This document shows positions 1 to 13,350 of a stretch of DNA of 64,000 nt, piece after piece. Origin of the DNA: Chrysomallon squamiferum (Eukaryota; Animalia; Mollusca); assembly GCA_012295275.1 (NCBI GenBank), contig CM022670.1:32860001-32924000 (forward strand). Reading direction: 5' to 3'. Both the position numbers and the translations under genes were made by a program. Below the pieces are notes generated by a model. The model did no database searches. It was not told the origin of the DNA and saw only the letters and a list, made by a program, of their open reading frames with translations. The number at the start of each line of letters is the position of its first letter. Position 1 is the first letter of the stretch.

Positions 1-153
1 TCATATTTTGAATTAAATAATTATAAAAAGTAATTTTATAGCTTAGAAAAGTAATTAGAGATGATAATTCAAAATGAGCCACATTTAGAAATACTGTCAT
101 GGATGATAATTCAAAATGAGGTAGATTTAGATGAAATTATTTTTACTTCTTAC

Positions 154-1843
154 TTCACCATTGGGTCCCCACAGAGTAACCTGGTTCTTGGCATTGTATA
201 TGTAGAGAATGGCTTCTTCAATGTCCAAACCAGCAAACTTCTTAGCAGCTTCAACCCAGTTTCCCAACAGAAAATGGTCGTCTGAGGCAAGAAGCATGTC
301 CAGATCAGCCAGCAAGTCAACAATGTTTGTACCTGCAGATCTGAAACAAAGTTCAAAGAAATTTACTTTAAAGGAATCATTCACATAAATTTTGGTTGTC
401 ATTTGAGAACAAAATGCAGGATTCCTTGAAACTTTCTTGAATATATAAATGCAACATATTGCTATATTTTTTTTTTTTTTTCATTTAAAATATAATCACA
501 TATCAATATCTCATGAGTAACCATTTTATTTACCTAATTTTATGATGAACAGAGTAAACTTTAAATATAAAAAACCAACTAAAAATCACATGATTTCATA
601 TAAAAAACTAGTAGTAATTTTTAAATAAAATGTCAGATATGTTACTTACAAAACAGCCACAGAGTTGTTTGTTGAGTAAGCCATCACTAAATCGTGGTAG
701 AAAGACATAGAAGCAATCTGCAGACTGTTTCTAGTAACATCAACAAGATCATATCTACAAAAATAAAAATAAAAACATCATTTTATCAATGGAAAAATTA
801 ACATTTTAGTAAACTTTTTTCTTTAAACCTCCAAACCAAAACAGCCTTGCTTCCTTTTTGGTGCTGAATACTGAAGATAGAATTGTGAGAAAGATACTGG
901 TGTGTTTTTGTGTACATATATATATATATATATATATAATACATTTCATATGTTGGCCCTCCTTCAAAACCTGCCTAGTTGTCTGGCCCCTTCTCTCCAA
1001 AAGTTTGCTGACAACTGGCTTGTCATACAGTGAAAATGCATCTTTAACTCAAAGTACAGTTAAATATCAATTTACATGAGTTTAAAACTGAATATTTCTT
1101 TAGGTGATAAAATACCTAAACAAAGAACTGTCACCAAGTTCTGCAGCAGCCTTCACCATGCTGTCCCATGCCTCAAACAGAGTTTCAGGTTTATACCACA
1201 CCTGCAACGACATTATACTGTAGAGATGATGATGATAATAATAATAATAACAATAATAATAAAATTAATGATAACAAGCATGAAAAATAATTCATATAAA
1301 AATGTAAACCATAAATTTTAAAGATTAAATTAAACAAGAAATGCATGTTATATTAATTATAAAATCATTTAATTAAATAAATATATCTTCAGTTAAAAAT
1401 ATCCGAGATAAACTATTAATACACTTTTGCTTTTGAAATTTGCTAAACGTTTGAAATGAAATTACTTTATTCTGTTGAACTATATTACCAATAAATGATT
1501 TACTACAATAAAACCAATTAATAATTAATAAATAACATAACAATAAAACTTTAAAAAAACAAATAGTATTTTTAACAGTAGAAAAATATAAGCAAGTATG
1601 AAGCTGGGATTTGCTTATAAACCTCACATACATGTTATATTTATCATGCTTAAAAGTACACAGATACTAAAATAACAAAAACTAAGTTTAACAGTTTACA
1701 TACTTGCACTAGCAGGAAGTTAATATTATCATGCAGTCTACAATAAATATGCAGTACTTACTTAGATATTAATGGTATATCACATACTTAATGTCTTTAC
1801 TGTTTAATAATTGTCCACTCATTTTATTTTGTTTATTATGGAT

Positions 1844-1879
<36 letters not shown>

Positions 1880-4800
1880 GTTTATTATTATATATTTTTT
1901 ATATACTTTTTATTCATTTTAATTTCAATATTTTTAACATTATTGATGTTATTAAGTTTGAGAAGATACTTACGCTTTCTGCATAAGAAAGACTTGGTAA
2001 TCTTGTAATAAGAACAGTATTAAAATCTCGATGACCAGTAGAGCAGTTGTAAACACTACCCTACAACCACAGGTGAAACAAAAACAATATGTAGACTGCT
2101 AGACAATGCTAATGTTTAAAGCTATTTGCTCTCAGTCACCCCTAAGCATGTTTCCAAGATAATAAAATAATACCCAGACATGTTAGAATTAATCTTAATT
2201 TCACTGTGCATGTATTTGATGCAGCTAGTATAAGCTTCAGGGCATGGTGGGCTGCCTTTATTACTTATAGCCACAAATGTTAAACTTGTCACCAGACCTC
2301 AGTGTATGTAAGAGCACCATGTTTGTGCTATTTCACAAAACTGCCTGAACATATTTATGGACCCAAAGATTATTACTTCAGTGATGCTATAACTCAAGTA
2401 ACAACAACGTAACAACTTTTCTTTTTTGACCAGTGCTGACTGCAAGAAAATACCCAAGTGCAGAAATCTATGCTGAAACTTACTGACCACATATTGTAAT
2501 TCATGTAAAATTAATGTTTCTTGTCATTTATTCAACTTTGTGGCTACAGTGGAACAAAGACTGACCATAAGTGAGATGAAAAATAATGCATACACACACA
2601 CAAACCCACAAACTTGAAGCAACAGATAAAGCAGATTTTATCAACAAATTACATTTAAAAAGATGAAAGCATTTTAAGACTTAGGAGTCAGGGATATTTT
2701 GACATTACAAAAGAAAATTTGGAAAAGAATGTTAAAAAATACACTTTTATATTATTATTTTACTATTTTTAAAGCGATAACTGTATCTTAATTCAAAATG
2801 TTTAGAATTCTCCATTATCATTTGCTATTGCAAAAATAAAATTATTATTTAAAGAAATCAAAAAGAAAATTAAATAAAAATGTTCTGTTTTAGATATTTC
2901 ATAATGCAAATATTATTAGAACAAAAGAAAGAGCTGTGAAACCAAGCTTGGTTCAGATGTATTTAATTAACAAACTGTGTCTCCTGAAGTCTGTGTGTTT
3001 GCATTTGCAAGATTTAGCAGGTTTCCAGTAGAAAACAGCACACAGAAGTCTGCCGGGGACACTGTCTCTGACTCTGCTTGTACCCAGTACTTACATTTGG
3101 TCTCAGAGTTAACTTGGGAAGGGAGGTAACTGTAACACTGTCACCATGACCTCTGTACCCATCAGTATAGTTGTACACACTTGACTTGTAATAAAAGAAA
3201 ATATTTTTGTTGAAAAAAATTATATTTTAGTATTTACCTTTGTTTTCTTTTTTTTTTTTCTTGTTGTTTTTGTTTTTTTAATTCATCATTAAGTGTAGAA
3301 AAAAAGAAAGTTTTTGGCTCCATAATTTGTCAAATATGTACAATGCTATTAAAGTATTGTGAATAGCTTTTCCTCAGGATCTAAAGCAGAACAAAGATTT
3401 TCAGACAATTTAAATAATAATATTAACTGCAACCATCCCCTTACCAATCAGTGAAAAAAAAGAAAATGGAGATTTTTGTAATTTTTGTTATTCAGAAAGA
3501 GAGAGAGAGGAATAAAACAAAACAAAAAGGAAAGAAAACAAAACAAAAAGAAAGAAGCAGAAAATAAACAAATTCTGATCAGGGTGTTACTAAAGAAATT
3601 TCCAAACAATACAGCAAACTACCTAACATTCATATTCCGTGAGACAAACTGAAACAGATAAATCTATGTATCAGTATAAATCATTGAATCAGTATAAATC
3701 TTTGATGGAAAACACCTTCTTAATCAGTTTTATAATTGTCTCACTGAATTGTGTTATATATCCAGAAGTGGTTTTATTCTAAATATGCTTCCTTCTCTTA
3801 ATAAATTAATTGATATTAGTATAATCATTAAATATAATTAAACTGTTGTATTTTTGTTTTTTAAAAATGTTTATATTTTGCAAAACAAATTTAAAACAAT
3901 TACATTTTGGGGGGTTTGTAGCATATGCAGGAAAGTGCATAATGTTTTGGTCTACTTTTTGTCTAAAAAAATATGTTTGAAACTCAAACCCATGCTTTAG
4001 AGGAAATGTTTCTAAAAATATAAAGGAATTTACAGGAACCCATGCACTTATGTTAATGAAAGCCAGAAATAAATATTTATAAGTAAATTAGAAACAATCC
4101 AACATGGCTGCAGTTTTGAGAAACAGCTGCATCAAACATGCACGGTGAAACAACCTACTCGCTGGTGAATGTGTAAAGAAGGTCGTTTGACAAAACCACC
4201 TTTCCCATGAAATCTAACAGTAGATTTGTAGCCATAGACACTTTTCTAAATAAATAAATCAACCAAAAAAATCAGTTAAAATAAAATAACTTGCATTTTT
4301 TTATCATATAAAGCTGACATTTTAATCAAATGTCTAAAAATTGAAGCTATGATAAATGTAATAAGATGCTAAAACCATTAATTTAATTAAAATACATTAA
4401 ATATAAAACAACAAATATATAGATATAATATATATATATATATTTACAAACATATTCATTATTAACAAAATATTTATTAATTTAAAGAAAATTTTGAAAA
4501 CTGATTATTTAGTACAACATTCTAGCATGAAATAAAAAAATAATTAAAATTAAATAAAGATCAAATATTTTTCAGTGAAGGTCTTTGATTATCAATTTAA
4601 TAGAATAAAAAACAGATACAATTTTTGTTAAATGAAAGGTTATATAAATCTGAGATAATATTATTAATTACTGAGTTTTTTTTTGTTTTTTTTTAAATAT
4701 CAATAGTTTCTCTCTCTTTGTAAATAAATAAATAATATTCCAATTACAGATTTACGAAAATTAAAAAATAAAATATAATAAACAATAATATTTGATTGTG

Positions 4801-7395
4801 GTTGTTTCTGTTCTTTTGTTGTTGTTTGTTTTGTTTGTTTTTTGTTGTTTTTTGTTGTATTTTTTTTAGTAATTTAAAATAACATTGGACAAATCCGATA
4901 TCATGATGTATTGAAGTAAACACAAAATGTTTAACATTTACCTTCAAAGCCTGCCAGGCAGATTCAGCATTTTCATCAAACATTCCATAACGCTGATGAT
5001 GAAAAGATGAGATCCTGTTTGGATAAAATGTATGTATTAGTTAAAATAAAACATAAGCTGAAACTGTTTTAAACAGGTCAGTTACTGCAGATAACAAAAT
5101 CTGAGACATGTTTAAATCAATTATAGTGGGTAATTAAGTAACAACAATGATCTAAAGAAAAAAAAAAAAAAAAAAACATAATAAAGAAGGAACATGTCAT
5201 ATAATGATAGGCATGCATAATATCCATCAAAGTCACATTAAGTGGGATTATTATCTATTACAAATAATCTGTATTACATCCATCAAAATCTGAATAGTAA
5301 AATTATACAACTCTAACATCTCATTAATATTATGTCCTGAACATTTCATCATTTCCACATCAGTTACCTAAAAACAACTGGTTATGCTGGAGTTAAAATC
5401 ATGAAACAAGTCCTCTTCTAACAGCAATTTTTATTATGTTTATGACTTTATTATTGAAAACAACTGAATGTAAGTCATAGCAATAGATGTTGGTAAGATC
5501 CAGCAGTTTCAGAATAGTCTAATCATACCCTTTAATAACTTTATGAATGGTAACTTTAAATTTTATGTATTTAAATTTATAAGTAATAATGCTGAAGTTA
5601 TTATTTATCTATCTGTCTGTCTATCTATCTATCTATTCTATCTGTATCTATATCTATATCTATATCTATACATATTCAAAGCTTCTTCATTAATTATCTA
5701 AAAACCCAGACAGTGCTGTTTTAAATCTTTCATACAGTTATCCTCACCAGTCAGAGATATTTCTGGGCTGTTTCCTCCAGGCATTTTCATTCATGAACTC
5801 ATAAATCACTTCATTCTGGTTAATTCCTTCCGGAGTCAGTCCTGTTCCTACCATTGTGCTATTTGCAAATTTGCGACCAACAAAAGGACCCTAAAAAGAA
5901 AAAACACTATTGTGTTCTTTCTAATATATACATGTAAACAATACAGAAATAATAACGAATCAATAATAAACTGACATATGAATTTGTTATTTGGTTTTTA
6001 AAGAAACATAAAACAACCATTAAAATATTGTTAATCAGTAACAGTTTTATTTGGTATTTTGTTTTAGTTTTGAAATTCTTGTTTCAAATTAATATATAAT
6101 AATTAATATAAAAACCTTTTTTACAGCCAAATTTAATAATAATAATAATAATAATAATTATAATTATAAGTCTAAAAATCCATAATAGGATTAATCAGAA
6201 ATGGATGCTGCTTTTTATTTTTTTTATTTAGACATAAAGAAGCACAAGGTTATTAAAAAAATAATATTTTCCACTCACTGTATTAATATTATCCAAAGCT
6301 CCATACAGCTCCATTGTACCACCAAAGTTATGAAGCATGCACCAAATAAATGGCTGTCCATAGAATGATTCTGTTCTTTCATAGACTGGAGCTAACTCAG
6401 CCTGCAGATCAAGAATTATCATCTTTCCCTGTAGAACAAATCAATGACATAAAATAAGTTTGCATGAAGAATTAAATTTCATACTAGAAAATTAATGAAT
6501 GAACATTTAACAAAAGTCCAGTGTGTATATATGTAAAACAAAATTAATTAATTAAAACAAGCAAGTAAAAATTGTTTTTAGACCCAACCATAGATTTTAT
6601 CAGTTGTTATAATCAAACAGTAAAACAAATATCCTGTGATACATCACAGAAATATTAGTCACTGAGGTTTTTCATTGTTTTTTTTCATCTTTCACATACC
6701 CGTGGAACTCCTGTTAACAAAGCTTTTATTTGTGGTGGTTTCCAGAATCCTCTTGCCATGAATAGCCAGCCTTGCATAAGCCTAAAAAACAGAATGAAAT
6801 TTTTTCTTAGAAACGTAGAGAGAAATTTTTGTGTGAATAAAGCAAATGTTTGTACATATAATTGTATTGATATCAGATTTCTATTTCATTTATATGGCAT
6901 TCTTATAAAAGTTATGTCAATCTATAGCTTCCTGAGCCATCTAAATAATAATAAAAAAAAAAAAATAAAAATAAAAAAATAACAGTAGCAATGAAAATAA
7001 TAACAATACTGGCAATAATAAAAAAGAGGAAATCCAATATTCAATTTATCAAATTTAAATATTATTAAAAAAAAAAAAAAAAAATCATCACAGTAATTTA
7101 TAAATAATTTTCTAAATAGTGGCATAAGTAAATTATTTGTTTTTAGTGCTTTAACTATAAATGTGTTGGTGCATAACTAACCAGATGGCTTTGGGATCAC
7201 CTGCTACCAGTGCACCATAGACAGCTTTGGATGCAGATGCCAAATAGCTTGGCTCACTGCAAAACAATTGAAAACATGAATCATAAATAAATATACAAAA
7301 CTTTAACTAAAAAAGAGAAACATAATTTTTAAATCTAGTGTTAATTAGGTTCCTATTTTATATTAATCAGACAGTTACAAAACTCATTATCTCTG

Positions 7396-7460
<65 letters not shown>

Positions 7461-9911
7461 TAAACAACAACAAGAGCAGCAATAATACAAAATACTACTT
7501 CTCAACAACTATCTTTTCTTAAATAAGCTAAAAGCCTGAAATGTTTGTTATGGTCTTTTTCTGAAATATGTTACCTGGATTTTGGTTCCATTTCATTGAA
7601 TGTGTCTGCATTGTAGATATGATCTATACCAAACTCATTCTGCATCTACAGATAATTGAAAATTAAAATCTATTACTTAAGTGTATTCTCATTCTGCCTA
7701 CATCTCCAATTAACTTTACACATGATCTAGTGTTACATTTTTTATACACCATGTACCAAAAATATTAAGATCCATGTTTTCAAAATCATTAGTAAAATAT
7801 CTCAGTTTCACTTTTAACTTTCATATAATTATTTCTATAGAGTCTATTTCAAGAACTACAAATAGTTTTTAAGTGTTACAGATTTCATTAGTAATATTTA
7901 AATATGATTATTAAATATAACTGAACTGTATGGTTTTTACGAAAAATATTTTTATTTACATTTTATAATAAGCTTGATTTTTTTCATTAAAAAAACATTT
8001 AACATGTGATACTTACAGCTGTAATAAAACTTCCCCCAATTTTCTTAAACAGGGGATCACTGAAGTCAAGTAAGTATGTCCTAAAATAAAAAAATCAGTT
8101 TGAAAACCAGAACAACCCCAATCATTTAACTGTTTTGAGATTTGAAATTCTATGCACGTGTTATATGATAGTTGTCAAATTTCTTTACCATATTCTAAAG
8201 ATAAAGAGATTTTTTCCTAGGATGAAATGAAATAGCACTTATAACAAATTTATTATTATTGTTTGACTAATTATCACCTTTGCAAAAAACAAATAAAAAC
8301 AATAAATAAATAAATAAAATGATGAAAAATAAACAAAAGACAAATAACACACCAAAAACAAACAATAAAAACAACAACATTACTGTGAATTACTGCAGTA
8401 TAAAAATACAAGTAGAGGTATCAGTTAACACAATGCAAAAAAAAAAAAAAAAAAAATTGTTATTTTCTAGTGCCTAAAAGTAAGAGATCAGAAACATTTA
8501 TTACAATGAAACTAATTTAAAATATTTTTATTTCATTCTTAGTCTAAATATTTAAAACAACAACAACAAAAACAAAAAACAAAAAATCATTTATATCAGC
8601 ATCAACTTTTACAATTTTAAAATATAAGAAGAAAAAAGATTTTTCTTTTATAAACTTACTCTGAATAATTAGCACCAAAGTTTGACCATCTTCTAAGTCG
8701 AGTAACATTAGCTTTTGGAAAAACCCTGGAAAAGAAAGAAAAAAATTAAAAAGCTAAAGGTGAAGAGAAGTAATGTGTTTAATCTGGGATTTTGTTACAA
8801 CTTTTATAATTTGATTTGTAAAATTAATGTGGCCACTAAAATGTCTGCTTACCTTGTAATGGCTGCAGGAACATGTCCGGCAAATCCAGGTAGTACAGGT
8901 ATCATTCCAAGAGATCTCATCCTGTTCAGTATCTTGTGCTGCAGTATGAGCTGGTTGTTTATCCAGGTGAGGGGCAGAGGACCTCCCCATCCATGAATGT
9001 TACCCATTCTTGCCCTTGAAAATCAAACACTTTTAAAAAGCTATCATTTCTATGAATATGTATTTGCTCTGTTGCAGCATGAATTTTTCATAAATTTAGT
9101 TTATGTGTATTGTGAAGAAATTAAGTATAGGTAAATTATTTTAAAGTAATTAGATTTAAGAAATGCCTATTTAATACATTAATAAACTTGATACTGGTTT
9201 ATTTGGTTTGAGTTAGGCCACAGACAATATATGGTAAAATAAAGTATATATCTTCTTATTAATAATAGTAACATAATAACTATTTTAATGTGTGTCTTGT
9301 TAGTCAGTTTTATATTTAATTCCTCACCAAGCTAAAAATGCTGGGCCTCCAAAGTGATCTTCCACATCCTTCCAGGTGAAACCCATAGACATGTACACCT
9401 ACAGTACACAGAAAACATCAGTAGTACCTTCATATCAGTGTCAAACATAAGTAATATTTTTATTTAGGTATTTAAAATGAAATCGAACATGTTTTTCCAG
9501 TCCTAATTTTGTATAATGACATTTTATATATTAAAATAAATCACAAAAACGTTAATCATAACATCTCTCTTCATCTCTCTCTGTTTGTCTCATTCTTTCT
9601 TTCTTTATGACTTACTCTCTCTCTCTCCTCTCTCTAAAACATATGTAACATTATAAAATTTTATAAATACACCAACAATGTGCATATGACCAATATTAGT
9701 GTGTACCCTTGAGAAAATTGCTTCTTGTCCTGTGAAGGCAAGTGGAAGATTGATTCCTTGGAGAGCCATCCAGTCAATCTCCCTCTGCCAGCGAGTCCAG
9801 TCCCACCACACAAAAGAGTAGCTCACTGTACACACATTCTGATAGTAACGGAACCTGAAGATTAAAACTAATTATTTAAAAACTAATTTGTGTGTGTGTG
9901 TGTATACACAC

Positions 9912-9942
<31 letters not shown>

Positions 9943-11530
9943 CACACACACATATAGTGACTAAAAGTGAGCAGTAGATGGGTTGTAAAAATTTTAGTCA
10001 TAAAAACTAATGTAATATTTGTCTGTATAGGATTTTAAAATAAACACATATACACACATATATATAAAAATATACAAACATATATATATAATCATATTGC
10101 TATTAGAGTATAAGAAAATGCACTAAATAATTATTTGAAGCTCTGTAAAGAGTTATAGTGATAAAAGTGCTATCTGCATTCCAGTGGTTGTTTTTCCATT
10201 GCCACTTGATACAGAGTAAATATAGTAATTTATAAGTGTACTGTGCACTTACTGGTCGTTAGACGTTATCTTGATGCCTCCTGAAGGAAGGTCTGGGAGG
10301 ATGTAAGGTAGTCTAAGATTTTCACCTGCCCAGGTGTATTGACAACCACAGTAATTCTTGATGTAGTAGTAAAAACCCATTGCAGCAGCCACTCCACTAG
10401 TCCCTGTGATTGTTACCTGGTTTTTACCTGTTGTTTTCAGCTGAAAATTTAGTAAAAAAAAGGTTACATGTAATAAAATAAAAAGTTAAAGATTTACTTA
10501 CACATCATGGGAATTATCTATATGTAATTTAACTTATTTCTTAAAATATATATATATTTTACAACTCTTCAGTATTTTTAAAAATTAAAATAAAATTAAA
10601 ATTTTTCAAATGTCATAGTCTTATAAAAATATAATAATATTAAAATGTAAAGGAATATAAAACAGATCTTTTAATGATAATACTATTAAAACCCCCATCA
10701 AAACATGATTATTATTTTCTTTATGAATCATATTTTTTATACTTATTTTTATTTTTATTTTCATTATTTATATTTTGTTACCTGAAAGGTGTCTCTGAAG
10801 GGTGGACCTATGTATGAATCTATTCTCACTGGAAACATACTGGACTGAGTTCCTATCAGCCGGGCAAGCATTCCTTCCACTGCCGCTTTCTGTTCAGCTG
10901 GTGATGCTTTCGACCTGAGATGGTGTAAGGTCTCAAAATCTAAAACAAAATTGAAAGAATATTAATTTATTTTCATTTTTATATTTCACAATTTCATTAC
11001 AATTCATTTCACTCTTTTTATTTTATTTTATTATTTTTTATTTTATTTTATTGTTTTATTTCATTTTATTTTATTTTATTTTATTAATTTGCTTTATTTC
11101 AATTCATTTTATTTATTATTTGATATAATACTGAAATATTAATAAAACAAAATAATTTGTTCATATTTATTTGAGGGTAAATGTAAATTGTTTTGACAAC
11201 AACAAAAAATGCTTATTTATAAAGATACAATACTGCAGCATGTACATATTTTATATATTTAAAATATAACCAACTAATAATTAATACAATAGTTATTTTA
11301 AATCATCAAAGTATGGCTAATTTTTTGTCTTTACTTTAATTACTTAATGACTAGCAATGGTTTTTCACCAAATTGCATACTATATGATAAATAAACATTA
11401 ACTAATTTTGTTTTTTTTTTTTTATAGAAAATGTAGCTTTAATTTTTTTTAATATTATTTTTATTTATTTAGTTTTTTACCTGCAGCATCTGTTGTTGGC
11501 ACCAGTGGCACCCCAAAAATTAACTGAAAT

Positions 11531-11564
<34 letters not shown>

Positions 11565-12203
11565 ATAAAATAAGAAAATAAAATAATAACAACAATAATA
11601 AATAAAAAGAAAAGAAAAAAATGGTTTCATTAAAATTAAATATTCGGTGCAAAACAAATGAATACTAATAAATAACACAAATTTATAAACATTAATTACA
11701 GCTCTTGTTTTTACATATCTAAAGTTAAAACATGCTGCCCTGGCTTTTTATATTCAAGTATACTCAACAAGTATAATAATTTGGGCTGTCAAATCTTCAC
11801 TGAACGCAATAAAAAGTATAAAGTATAAAGAAAGGGCAATATTTTCCATCAGGTATAATGTTTAATGTTGTTATTATTAAAATACATAAAATGTCTGTAT
11901 ATATGAACAGAATACAATTTACATTACATTTATTATTTTTGTCAATTTAATGAACATGTCGTTGTTACCATCGAGATTATGAAGATAAATGACAAAGTTT
12001 TATTATCACTTTATAAAAGTTTATAATACAAAAATGATTTTGATTGAATAGATAATCTTCAGTTTCGTTTTATGCGCAAAAAAAAAAAACAACAGCATTT
12101 AAATGTCAGTGATTTAAATCAGTTTTAAGCTGATGAAATAATGTGTTTGTACGAATTCTAGTAATATAACAATTACCATAGCAAATGTCAAACCGAAAAA
12201 CAT
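154..12203 (-). CDS. NAGLU: Alpha-N-acetylglucosaminidase (GH89, lysosomal); about 19 coding exons in the window, 3' end continues off the left edge
   Basis: Hand-spliced GT-AG exons: 12203-12177, 11523-11481, 10939-10782, 10440-10253, 9854-9707, 9398-9328, 9014-8853, 8725-8660, ~8080-8017, ~7645-7575, ~7257-7182, ~6781-6700, ~6428-6279, ~5890-5748, ~5014-4943, 2060-1974, 1201-1116, 754-650, 340-154. Diagnostic peptides: [86 protein letters not shown]. Signal-peptide-like start [17 protein letters not shown]. Confidence 0.95.
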
Positions 12204-12241
12204 CGCTTTTGTTTTTGTTATTAACCACCCACAAACCGGGA

Positions 12242-12249
12242 TCACGTGA
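12242..12249. promoter_or_regulatory. CLEAR-like palindromic E-box (TCACGTGA) upstream of NAGLU
   Basis: TCACGTGA ~40 bp upstream of the predicted ATG (12203) of a lysosomal hydrolase; matches the TFEB/MITF CLEAR core. Confidence 0.55.
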
Positions 12250-12350
12250 ATTATCAGCTTTCAGAGTTATTTCCCCTCAATCAGAAAGGGAATTAATTTT
12301 CTTGAAGACTATTAATTTTTATTTATACTAGAAATGACATTAAATTGGTG

Positions 12351-12388
<38 letters not shown>

Positions 12389-12791
12389 GATGAACAAATT
12401 ATATTTAGGAAGAACAGTAGACAAAAGGTGTGTGTGTGTGTGTGTGTGTTATCATCAGTAAAATTATCCATGACTTGGCGTCAGTTCTGCAGATTTCTCC
12501 GAGTTTTATTTTGGCTTATATTTTGTGAAATAATCGAAATGAATGGAAAGATTTTTGAAATCCAGTGAGCACCTCAATATATAAAATAAAAAATAATAAA
12601 TAATTTAAAAAATATAATAAATAAATATAAAAAACTAAACAATAAATAATTAATGTGTGTGCGTGCGTGCGTGTGTGTGTGCGTGTGTATATATATATAA
12701 TACAATAATAAATAATTTAACATTATAATTAATAGAACAAATAAATAGTAAAATAAAAAAATATTAATACTATTTTTGTTTTTAAATGATA

Positions 12792-12825
<34 letters not shown>

Positions 12826-13302
12826 TTCACAATAGCTTTAATATTAGTTTGCGATGGCAGAGCAAAAAAAGAAAGAAAAGAAAAATTAAATCCAGGTAGA
12901 GATCGATGGAAATCGTACTCTCCATACAAATGGCCAGAAGGAAATGTTATTCTGTCAGCTTTGGTCATAAAAACCAAATACCAATCGATTAATGAGCTGT
13001 ATCAAAGAAAAGAACTGTCGCTCTTCATATAATAACAAGTATTTTCTTCAGAAAACATTTCGTCTGACTTGCTTTCTGAAGAGCTGATAAAGCCGATAAA
13101 TCAATGATCACAGGGGATCACGGGAAATATCGGTTAACTCCTTGGTTACTTGAACAGACAACAGTAGCATTAATATTTTTGTCACGGATCCGAAAGAATA
13201 GCCAGCCCTTGTATGACGAACCTCTACGCTTCGCTGCGTTACATTTTATAACGAAGTTTCTCAGCAGCTTTCTTCTGTTACTTTCTGGCGTCTGTAAGCG
13301 AC

Positions 13303-13350
<48 letters not shown>

